Below, in pieces: positions 27,715 to 36,265 of a stretch of 64,000 nt of DNA. The notes beneath the pieces were generated by a model that worked only from the letters and a program-made list of their open reading frames with translations, had not been told where the DNA came from and did no database searches. The DNA is taken from IMG/VR virus record IMGVR_UViG_3300035698_006513; one strand, given 5' to 3'. Origin of the DNA: a virus. How positions within the stretch are numbered: the stretch's first letter is position 1; each line of letters starts with the position of its first letter. Position numbers and translations under genes: made by a program.

Positions 27715-30550
27715 CTATTTCCTCCACACTTACACTTAAGCTGTCCGGCACGTCTGTACCAATATTCAGAAGTCTCCCACCATAACGTATCATATCAGAC
27801 ATGTATCGCGCTGTATTTGCCGAAGATATACTTGTAGAGAACGCATCGCGGTATCTCCCTAGAGTGATATTCTCCAGTGTACGATCTGCGTTCTCATCTA
27901 AGAGCATCCTCCTTGCAGACTCTGTATCATCTAACTCTGCAGGAGTGTACTCAGTAAGCGCGGGCAATATACCACCAACTCCGGATAGCACATCCAACAA
28001 CAAAGCTACAGAAATAAGCGCATCGCCTACAAATACAGGTGAGTTCGTGTTCAACGCTCTGCTGATGAGATTTATCACTTGACTCATCCCATACGCACCA
28101 TTCTCCACTAAAATCAGCTTATTACTAACCCATGTTTGTAGGGATGCCTCTAGTGTAAGATATTGAGTTAGGGACTTAGACCTGATTATAAACTGCGTGG
28201 AGATGAAGTTATTGTCGACCGCGTCTTCTAGTGTCAGTACATATGTAGCTACATCTATAATGTCAGCGTTCAATGCAGGAACTACAGAACGTAGCTCATC
28301 ATTGTCTGTAATATTAGCCTCTTCTAAATCAACTAGGGCACCCTCAGCATCCAGCAGCTCAATAGTAGTGACTTTACCTCGCACTTCCCCAACAGACATA
28401 CCTAAAACAGTGAGTGCTGTGCCGCCTAATACTTCGAGTGCTGACGCAAGTGATATGTCTGAAGAAGTCAGATTCAGTGTAGACCTAATAACGTTATACT
28501 TGACCTCCGACTGATTCCCTACGGAGGCCGCTAAGAAATCTACGGCATCTAACGTTAGACTATTCAGCGCTACTACGCTAACGTGGTAGTACCCAAGGTG
28601 CGTTCCACTTTGTGTGTGCACAACATCACCAGATATTATGCCTGCTGCGACAAAATCTACTGAGGTGTCTTGTACAATTTGACTTCCTGCACTTGTGGAC
28701 AGCTGATCAGACGACAAAATAACTTCTTCTTCATGTTCCGCAATCACGCCGAAAGTAGATGTGGCCGTTATGTACTTAGCTACGTCTTCTCCAGATATAG
28801 AGTCTCCTGTACTATTAAGACCAGCGGACACACCCACAACTGTATTTGACACGTCACACATGAGCGTAGAGTTCTGACCCAAAGATGTGGATCTGAATAC
28901 GATGTACCCATTGTGTGACACAGTATCCCATGTCCCAGCGGCAACCAGGCCGTTGATAGTGGTTGACAGGTTTGCTGCAGTATAAGTAGCAGGAGGGACA
29001 CTAATAGTAGAAGATCCTGTGTCAGATGTGAAACCTAAAAACGGGTTTCCCCCTACACCTTGACCTTGTGATGTAGGAAATCCCATAGCACTCATTGGAG
29101 ATAGAGCTACAAAGTTAGCCGCTATTACACTCTCTTCTCCTGTGGTTATCTGCTGCGCCTCCGTGATGGTGATTAGCCCACCAAGTGAGGATATAGTAGC
29201 GCCGCCTGCAAGACCTAATGTCAACTCGCCTGCCCAAGTAGCGAACGCTATACCTATACCGACACTTAGAGCAACAACATACTTAGTGCTGCGTGACATA
29301 ACCGTCACTCTGTTATCTGCGTACGCGCTGTAGGTAACTGCTACATTAGTAGAAGGTACAGGTCTGTCCAGTAAAAGAGTAGTATTGTTAATCACACCCG
29401 CCACATACGCGTCTAAAACAACCGGACCAGATAGCCTAATGAAATCTCCAATGGTCAACGCTGCAACAAATGCAGCTGCAGCAGATGAAACTACCATACT
29501 GCCAGCGGTAGTAACCATGTCCGTCTGTGTAGCCTTCACTACCGTGGTGTACGGACCTACGATAGTCGCAGAAATACTCCCCTTAGTACCAGAGGTGACC
29601 ACATAATTCTCTACATTACCTGCGTACATTTCCGCAGCAGGGGCATGAGGCAGTGTAAATAGCTGCGTGTTTACTTCGTCCGATAGTAGATTCAACGTGT
29701 CTGCCGAACTATCCAGTAGGTATGGGGCAGATCTAGTAGATGGTAATGTGGCAGCGGAACTTGTACCCTGCGCCTGCGCAGTACCCGTGTCTACTTTATT
29801 GCTTATAGGAGATACATTCAACAGAATGTCATCTATCGCAGACTCCGCTAAAGTCACGTGCAAGAAATCATCCAGACCTGCATTGGCTCTATCAGAGGGT
29901 TCCGCGTCCTCGGCTTGCCATTGGATACGCGTCATCTCTTCTAGTACAGCGGCAACCACAACCTTAGCTACAGCTACATCTGCTTTGGATTCTGCCCAAG
30001 AAGTAGCGACTCCTATCAGCCCTATATAATCTTCTACTATGTCCTTCCATAGATATTTTACTTCGTCTAGTACATCAAAGATCCGACTTCTTGCTTCCGC
30101 TGCGGATAAGCGGAAGCTGCTACTCTGCATAATAGTAGGGCGTAGCTCCTCCACAAAAGCACTAACACCGGTACGCATCAAAGCCAAATCGTTATTACCC
30201 ATTCTGCCTGAGTAAGTGAGTGTGTCCTCTGCTCTTTGCAAACCTGACACGACCTGGTCAATGCTTCTAGTGGAGTCTATTGGCTGATTTGTATTGAGTG
30301 TGTCCGGGAGGGCATCCTGTATAACTTCTATGGCAATCACAAGTGCATTAACGTTAGATATTATGGAGTTGACACCTTGACGCAAAAAGTCAAACATCAC
30401 ATCAAAGTTAGTTTGGATGGACAGACCAATAACCCCCAGTAGCTGTAGGTGTCTACGTTGCTGGTCATCATCCGTAACGAATTTAACGTAATCTATGCCT
30501 GTATGGTATTTCTCCAATACAGATGTAATCATCTCTTCTGTTATAACCAT
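27704..30550 (-). CDS. Large virion structural protein (helical ends, central beta repeats)
   Basis: 948 aa; shares DF...G...GD..G.Y.V modules with neighbours. Confidence 0.6.
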   Translation of the reverse strand: MVITEEMITSVLEKYHTGIDYVKFVTDDDQQRRHLQLLGVIGLSIQTNFDVMFDFLRQGVNSIISNVNALVIAIEVIQDALPDTLNTNQPIDSTRSIDQVVSGLQRAEDTLTYSGRMGNNDLALMRTGVSAFVEELRPTIMQSSSFRLSAAEARSRIFDVLDEVKYLWKDIVEDYIGLIGVATSWAESKADVAVAKVVVAAVLEEMTRIQWQAEDAEPSDRANAGLDDFLHVTLAESAIDDILLNVSPISNKVDTGTAQAQGTSSAATLPSTRSAPYLLDSSADTLNLLSDEVNTQLFTLPHAPAAEMYAGNVENYVVTSGTKGSISATIVGPYTTVVKATQTDMVTTAGSMVVSSAAAAFVAALTIGDFIRLSGPVVLDAYVAGVINNTTLLLDRPVPSTNVAVTYSAYADNRVTVMSRSTKYVVALSVGIGIAFATWAGELTLGLAGGATISSLGGLITITEAQQITTGEESVIAANFVALSPMSAMGFPTSQGQGVGGNPFLGFTSDTGSSTISVPPATYTAANLSTTINGLVAAGTWDTVSHNGYIVFRSTSLGQNSTLMCDVSNTVVGVSAGLNSTGDSISGEDVAKYITATSTFGVIAEHEEEVILSSDQLSTSAGSQIVQDTSVDFVAAGIISGDVVHTQSGTHLGYYHVSVVALNSLTLDAVDFLAASVGNQSEVKYNVIRSTLNLTSSDISLASALEVLGGTALTVLGMSVGEVRGKVTTIELLDAEGALVDLEEANITDNDELRSVVPALNADIIDVATYVLTLEDAVDNNFISTQFIIRSKSLTQYLTLEASLQTWVSNKLILVENGAYGMSQVINLISRALNTNSPVFVGDALISVALLLDVLSGVGGILPALTEYTPAELDDTESARRMLLDENADRTLENITLGRYRDAFSTSISSANTARYMSDMIRYGGRLLNIGTDVPDSLSVSVEEIDDR

Positions 30551-31461
30551 TACACAACCGTGATTGTAAACGTGTCTACCGTGATGGCATCACTAGGGGA
30601 AACAGCAGGCGGATAGTTATTTCTTGTAGCTGTAATAGTGGCTGTTCCTTGCGATACCCCTATTATCTGTATCGTACCATTAGACTGGACAATTACAGTA
30701 GCTACTGCCACGTCACTAGATGCATATGTAATAGATTCGTTCTCAGCTGTCTGCGAATCTATGGTATTAGTCTGCCTAACAATCAAAGACGTAGAGCAGT
30801 CAGTTACACCAACACCTACAGATACAGCTGGAACAGAGAACAGGATTCTCGCAGGTCTAGGTAAGAGGAGGTTTCCTAAAGATACTGACGCTTGATCTGG
30901 CACCTCTCGTATCTTAGCAGAGAATCCGCCATCCTCCAGATCTGTAGTACCTTGCCAATCCTTGTCATAGAGTAGCGTAGGTACGTATATCATATAGGTT
31001 AGGCCACGATAAAGTTCCACATCAACCGCACCAGTTTTCTGGTCAGATTCTGTGTGCCCATCCTTTATGATCATATCACCACCGGCCAGGATGGAGTCAT
31101 CCATCGCACGGAACACCAGCCTAACTCCCTTGACCGGTGTGCCGAATGGGTCTCGAAGTATCCCCCAAACCCTACACCTCAATGCGTCTGTCGCAGTAGG
31201 TAGTGACACTACTTCGCCAGTAATATCAAATTCTGCGTCAGCAGATACGACGAGTGACCATGGTACAGGTGACCAAACAACACCTTGTTTATAAGGAGCC
31301 ACTAAATAAGAGGCATCAGGTAATGCGATGGGGCCTGCTTTCCCTGAGACATCCGTAGTAACTTCCGTAACTAACGCTCCCGCCACAGACAATACACGCA
31401 GTACTGCATTTTCTATTGGTGCGCCTAAAGGAGTCAGTGCATATAAAGATACGGTACTCAC
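30550..31461 (-). CDS. Virion protein with prealbumin-like folds and C-terminal Ig-like (Big_2) domain
   Basis: GAPIENA.LRV..TTDVSG; ITYASSDVAVATV..GTIQIIGVSQGTATITAT. Confidence 0.65.
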   Translation of the reverse strand: MSTVSLYALTPLGAPIENAVLRVLSVAGALVTEVTTDVSGKAGPIALPDASYLVAPYKQGVVWSPVPWSLVVSADAEFDITGEVVSLPTATDALRCRVWGILRDPFGTPVKGVRLVFRAMDDSILAGGDMIIKDGHTESDQKTGAVDVELYRGLTYMIYVPTLLYDKDWQGTTDLEDGGFSAKIREVPDQASVSLGNLLLPRPARILFSVPAVSVGVGVTDCSTSLIVRQTNTIDSQTAENESITYASSDVAVATVIVQSNGTIQIIGVSQGTATITATRNNYPPAVSPSDAITVDTFTITVV

Positions 31462-31859
31462 TGTAACTCTCCATTGATCAGCCTGTTCAGCTGCTCTAAA
31501 GTCATAGATTTCAATTTGCGTTTGGCTATTTCACTTTCTTTTACAACTCGCTCCCGTTCCTTACGCAACAATTCGTTCTTTTTCCGTATCTCTGACAATT
31601 TACCAACAGCAGCCACATCAGTTTTTTTGTATTTGTTTAGTAGCGCTTGGTTCTTCATTTCTTTTATTGTCAGACCTTGACTACGTATCGTAGTGTCTTG
31701 CCAGATGATCCGCTCCTGTGCACTTTTCAATACATTCCTGTACTGCACTCGTCTCACTACGTAATAAATACTACTCCCAATTACGTACACGGTAAGTAGA
31801 AGAACCACTAGATTTTTTTTAGCTAATTCCAATATTGACTCTAGTACTGAACGTAACAT
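31458..31859 (-). CDS. Membrane-anchored coiled-coil protein (inner-spanin-like)
   Basis: N-terminal TM LVVLLLTVYVIGSSIYYVV, then Lys/Glu coiled coil. Confidence 0.5.
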   Translation of the reverse strand: MLRSVLESILELAKKNLVVLLLTVYVIGSSIYYVVRRVQYRNVLKSAQERIIWQDTTIRSQGLTIKEMKNQALLNKYKKTDVAAVGKLSEIRKKNELLRKERERVVKESEIAKRKLKSMTLEQLNRLINGELQ

Positions 31860-31923
31860 TGTCCTATCCTTTCATATGTAATAGCTCCTGGACACATAAT
31901 ATACGAGACGGAGGGTTTCTACA

Positions 31924-32481
31924 ATGACCAGAATAATCCTGCTAGTGATAGCATTTTTTGTTCTAGTACCTAATGTTGCACACGGAAGTACGGAGATAGG
32001 AGGAACGGTCACACCATGCCTCACAAAAATAACAAAGGATACTGTACTGACCCGCGAGCAGAGAAGGCAGGTAGTGAAGCGACGGGTTGATGGTGTAACA
32101 GAAGAGTGGATGATGAGTGCTGAGAATTGTACACAGTATCACAAACCTGCGGTTATATCCCTAGCCAGGATACGCATAGAACACAGCGCACTCAAACTTG
32201 AGAATATCAATCTTAAGCTCACACTAAAAAATAACGCAGCCTCGCTTAATTTGTGGGAGAAAGTGAGGCTGGTATCGTGGGAGAGTAGACTCAAGACATT
32301 GCAGGGGATGGTGAAGGATGCGCATACCAATATGGATATATGGAAGGGGACTGCAAAGTCATACAGACTTAAGTGGCAATCGGCTTCTCCCAAATGGTAC
32401 GCGCATCCTGTGTTTGTAGCTACTGTAACGGCCATAATAACTACGGCTGTGATTGGAGTCAGCTCACGAATTATGCGTTGA
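31924..32481 (+). CDS. Exported coiled-coil protein with C-terminal TM helix (spanin-like candidate)
   Basis: GGAGG SD, signal peptide ending VAHG, coiled coil, C-terminal PVFVATVTAIITTAVIGV. Confidence 0.55.
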   Translation: MTRIILLVIAFFVLVPNVAHGSTEIGGTVTPCLTKITKDTVLTREQRRQVVKRRVDGVTEEWMMSAENCTQYHKPAVISLARIRIEHSALKLENINLKLTLKNNAASLNLWEKVRLVSWESRLKTLQGMVKDAHTNMDIWKGTAKSYRLKWQSASPKWYAHPVFVATVTAIITTAVIGVSSRIMR

Positions 32482-33610
32482 GGTCTTGTGCATCCGCGTC
32501 TACCGTTTCTGCATCCGCGACCATCTCTGCATAGTCAGCAAATGATACCAGGTTCATTTCCGCACGTACATCATTCACCACGTCTATGTCTAATAGTGTT
32601 TCCGGATTTCTCACGATGAGACTCCCGTTTGCAGCTATTATGATGCGTTTACTTTCAGTGAGGATGTCCTCACTTCTGGTAGACACGACCCACGCGGAGT
32701 GCGCCCGTCTCGAAGACAGTTGACTGCTCTCAATGGGTATCGTGGATTGAGTCATGACAGTCCGACGACACATCACGGATCCCTGTAAAACATCCCACAG
32801 AGCCAGTACGGATAGCTGACCACGTGCATCGAGTTTGAGTAGACGAGCCACTACCCAGTGAGAATTGCAGGGCAGGGCAATAGAAGCTGCCCCATCTCCT
32901 GCGAGTATGATCATTGACTGATTCGACGGCGCTCCATCGATAAGAGGAAAGAAGTCCACTACTTCCCACCGGTCACTCATTTCCTCTGCCCACACCTCGC
33001 TAACGAAGTCCTTCTGCATAGCTTCAGCATGAGCAGCATCAAACATAGCTCGGACCTCATCGTACTTGGCCGTTACCACATCCTTTGCCTCTTTGCAGGC
33101 TTCTTCAAAAGGAGTTACACGTGTAGCATGTCCAGGGATTCTCCCACGAACTCCCCAAGGATTTATAGTGTAGACATCCTCGGTAGACACGTCAGTCACT
33201 ACACAATGGCTTCCGAATTTTTGACACACTAACGCTCTGGGGTTGCGAATACTGGCTAATCTAATGCCGTCAATCCATGGAGTATAAGGTTCGTTTCTAG
33301 TAACACCCTCTAACTCTTTGAACACAAAGAGAATAGCCAGATCCTGCTCATCAGCAGGCCAAACGATGATAAAATCAGTATGTTGTGTGCGCTTCCATAC
33401 AATGCGCATAAGTTCTTCAGTGACTGATTCTTGTGGGAGAGCTGCATACGACGCTACTGCATCAACCCGAGCGTTTACTCGGTCCTTGGTAGCCACGTCG
33501 AAGTACTTTTCCAAATTATCCACCATGTCGCTACCCACGGTTGTGGCCAGAACTCTCACTGCGTACTGCTCTTTGGTCATGCCTTCAGGAATTTGCTGTT
33601 GTTGCATCAC
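32471..33610 (-). CDS. Hypothetical protein
   Basis: 379 aa; TAGGAG SD. Confidence 0.65.
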   Translation of the reverse strand: MMQQQQIPEGMTKEQYAVRVLATTVGSDMVDNLEKYFDVATKDRVNARVDAVASYAALPQESVTEELMRIVWKRTQHTDFIIVWPADEQDLAILFVFKELEGVTRNEPYTPWIDGIRLASIRNPRALVCQKFGSHCVVTDVSTEDVYTINPWGVRGRIPGHATRVTPFEEACKEAKDVVTAKYDEVRAMFDAAHAEAMQKDFVSEVWAEEMSDRWEVVDFFPLIDGAPSNQSMIILAGDGAASIALPCNSHWVVARLLKLDARGQLSVLALWDVLQGSVMCRRTVMTQSTIPIESSQLSSRRAHSAWVVSTRSEDILTESKRIIIAANGSLIVRNPETLLDIDVVNDVRAEMNLVSFADYAEMVADAETVDADAQDLNA

Positions 33611-33672
33611 TTTACTCCTATGATGTAACTGGTTATTTTTATCTCACATGCTTATGACCAAAGAGAAGTGGA

Positions 33673-34914
33673 TTATGTATGGATGGGTGCAACTGGGTAG
33701 GATGGGGATTGGATAGTGAATGGATCGGCTACAGATAACGCAGCAGAAATGAGGTTGAAATCAGTGACTGGTACCTCGAACTCTCTATGAATATGCGTTC
33801 CTTCAATAGTGACAGTGACAATCATACCTTGTGGGAAGTCATGCTCCACCACACCAAACTCATTAGTCACCAGATCATCATACGAAAGGTGTAGAACGCT
33901 ACCCATAAGTTGAGGGTTCTTCATACTTACACGCACGGTGTATCCTCTGAGCGGAAACCCTAGAGGGGTTTGTAGTGTGGCCACGCCTTTAGATGTACTC
34001 GATGGTGCGCTAGATGTCAGTCCCACAATTCCGTCTGTCTCTAACGTCAGACTGTTAACATCAGTTTGTATACTGACCGAGAACGGAACATTATTTGTAT
34101 CAAACACAACGTCGGTTTTGCGTATGGTTGCTACAAACTCCCCAATGGGGAGATACACAACAGCTACCCCACCAACCCCAGATATTGCTGTTCCCAAGAG
34201 ACGCATATCATCGCCGTCTCTAATATCCACATAATATCCTATGGATGGAACATCCTCAGTGGCGAGAGAAAATGTGTACAGGTAGTACCCGCCGTTTGTA
34301 ATATTCACTCCCATATCAAACTGAATCTGATTGACAGCTTGTACAGAATATGTTAGCTGACCGCCTGTGTCCAACTCGTCTGTAGTAAAGCGTATACTAT
34401 ACAGACCCCTGCCCAGCTCCCTGAAATCAGTAGAGGGGTTAATCACTTTGGCTACATTGGCACCACTACCAAACTTCTTATAGAAAACTGACGACACTGT
34501 CGTGAGTCCTGTTGTACCCGTCGCCACATTTCCGGTAACAGCGTGGTACGGCAACCAAGACTCGGATTCTTGGAGAACCCCAGATTCGTCCCCATTACGA
34601 GAACTTACATACACATAAAAAGCACCCTGGATACACAAAGGCGCTTCTACGACTAACAAGAGCGTACCGAGTGTATCTACATCAGTAGCATCTAGCCTGA
34701 CACTGTATCTGCCTTGACCCACCTCCTTTACATCCACAGTGTGAGTGAGCGATTTTGTTTGTAAGGTGGTATCGTTTTGTTTAGCAATCCACAGGCTCAG
34801 TGTAGATACATCCAGTCCTAATTTAGGTACTCCAGACAAATCGCGAATGTTAATATCTACCCATGCTTCAGTGTTTTTTGTTATCTGAATTGGGTCTGCA
34901 ATCCCTACTGACAT
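33673..34914 (-). CDS. Virion beta-sandwich protein with two internal repeats
   Basis: KEVGQGRYSVRLDATDVDTLGTL / RELGRGLYSIRFTTDELDTGGQL; C-terminal part resembles 30550..31461. Confidence 0.6.
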   Translation of the reverse strand: MSVGIADPIQITKNTEAWVDINIRDLSGVPKLGLDVSTLSLWIAKQNDTTLQTKSLTHTVDVKEVGQGRYSVRLDATDVDTLGTLLLVVEAPLCIQGAFYVYVSSRNGDESGVLQESESWLPYHAVTGNVATGTTGLTTVSSVFYKKFGSGANVAKVINPSTDFRELGRGLYSIRFTTDELDTGGQLTYSVQAVNQIQFDMGVNITNGGYYLYTFSLATEDVPSIGYYVDIRDGDDMRLLGTAISGVGGVAVVYLPIGEFVATIRKTDVVFDTNNVPFSVSIQTDVNSLTLETDGIVGLTSSAPSSTSKGVATLQTPLGFPLRGYTVRVSMKNPQLMGSVLHLSYDDLVTNEFGVVEHDFPQGMIVTVTIEGTHIHREFEVPVTDFNLISAALSVADPFTIQSPSYPVAPIHT

Positions 34915-34927
34915 AATACCTAACTCC

Positions 34928-35152
34928 CTATAAGTACTTGTTTATTTTCTTCTGGGCACTCTTCGCGGATTTAGCTAGAGAGGTTGCACGTGCTTTCAGA
35001 TTGTTCGCCTGTCTCCGTAGCGTGTATGTTATATCTTGCTGCCTTTTCTTGATTTCGTCTGTAAAGTATTTACGTATAGACTTCGCCAGTTGCTGTGCGA
35101 ATCCTGCGACTCCTGCCTCAGCATCACGTATGGAGGTTGAGGGTAGAGGCAT
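34928..35152 (-). CDS. Small basic helical protein
   Basis: GGGAG SD; in operon order. Confidence 0.55.
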   Translation of the reverse strand: MPLPSTSIRDAEAGVAGFAQQLAKSIRKYFTDEIKKRQQDITYTLRRQANNLKARATSLAKSAKSAQKKINKYL

Positions 35153-35166
35153 AATATTACTCCCAT

Positions 35167-35197
35167 AAAAAGAAAGCCTACCGAAGTAGACTTTCTT
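35167..35197 (-). terminator. Intrinsic terminator with cUUCGg tetraloop after sigma gene
   Basis: Minus strand AAGAAAGTCTAC-TTCG-GTAGGCTTTCTT followed by TTT. Confidence 0.8.
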
Positions 35198-35204
35198 ATC
35201 TTAG

Positions 35205-35969
35205 TTAGGGTGTGCGTCTTGATAACTCACGTTGGGACATGGTTACCAGCTGTCTGCGTATCTGAGATACCTTAGACTCACCTATGGATAGTGACTTTGC
35301 GATTTGCTGTCCGTTTTTACCAGACAGCAAAAGATCCAGTACCTTTCGCTTCTGCTCATCTTTAGGACCAGACAATTGGAACTTCAGCTCAGAAACTACC
35401 TTGTCATCTTTAGGTATGTCTACTGAGACATTTTCCTGAATGACACTTCCTGTTCCTGGGGCAGACATACGTAAGTCTCTAGCCATATCCTGCACATGAC
35501 TTAATCTCCACCCTAGATGTTCTGCAAGCTGAGTCTCGTTCGGCTCAAATCCCTTCTCGGCCTCAAAGTCGTCAATTCCATTATTGTACATGGTTATCTT
35601 AGACCATCCTCGATGCTCAGGTATCCTTATATTACCTTGGCGCTCCTGGATGAACCTTCTCGAGTGGTTCATCACACCATTAGTAACATGTGTGAATAAA
35701 GCAGCTCCTGCTTTATGGGAGGGATCCCAAGTCTGCAGACCTTGTATCGCACCTTCCACAGCGCGAGAACGAATTGTACTCTCTGGAATATCGGTCTTTC
35801 CCCCGTACGAAGACACAAACCTGTGTACCGCAGGCATAGCGACTGTACTCAGTAATGGCTCCCAGTGCGGATTAGATTCGCTTCCAGATTCTTCTGTACT
35901 CTCTTTCCAATTCTTCCATAGCTGCAGATCGCGGTCCTTCCTAGGACCAGACAATTTTTCTTGACTCAT
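35205..35969 (-). CDS. Sigma70-family (FliA/SigF-like) phage sigma factor
   Basis: Region 2 GLQTWDPS..LFTHV, IRIPE; region 3 GFEPNETQLAEHLG; region 4 GKNGQQIAKSLSIGESKVSQIRRQ. Confidence 0.85.
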   Translation of the reverse strand: MSQEKLSGPRKDRDLQLWKNWKESTEESGSESNPHWEPLLSTVAMPAVHRFVSSYGGKTDIPESTIRSRAVEGAIQGLQTWDPSHKAGAALFTHVTNGVMNHSRRFIQERQGNIRIPEHRGWSKITMYNNGIDDFEAEKGFEPNETQLAEHLGWRLSHVQDMARDLRMSAPGTGSVIQENVSVDIPKDDKVVSELKFQLSGPKDEQKRKVLDLLLSGKNGQQIAKSLSIGESKVSQIRRQLVTMSQRELSRRTP

Positions 35970-36009
35970 AATTCTACCTCCTTATGTGTTCAGACTCTTG
36001 TACCAAACT

Positions 36010-36261
36010 TTAATTTATTCCTTCGATCTTAGGCGTAGGAGGCAGTTTACCTACTTTACTAGAGGCGTCCATAATATCTTGTGCATGACGCTTTTCGGAC
36101 TCAGGGGTAAATGTAGTAGAACCCATGAAGCTGCGCTGCTTATCTTCTGGTCCAGGCATACGCACAGTGCTGCTAACTAGGTCTGTGTAGTGAGGACTTT
36201 GTAGAGTTTTAATATCCTCTAGCGCAAGTTTCAGCAGGGTGGATGTGTAAGAGTCTTTCAT
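36010..36261 (-). CDS. Hypothetical protein
   Basis: Short ORF in operon order. Confidence 0.45.
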   Translation of the reverse strand: MKDSYTSTLLKLALEDIKTLQSPHYTDLVSSTVRMPGPEDKQRSFMGSTTFTPESEKRHAQDIMDASSKVGKLPPTPKIEGIN

Positions 36262-36265
36262 AATA

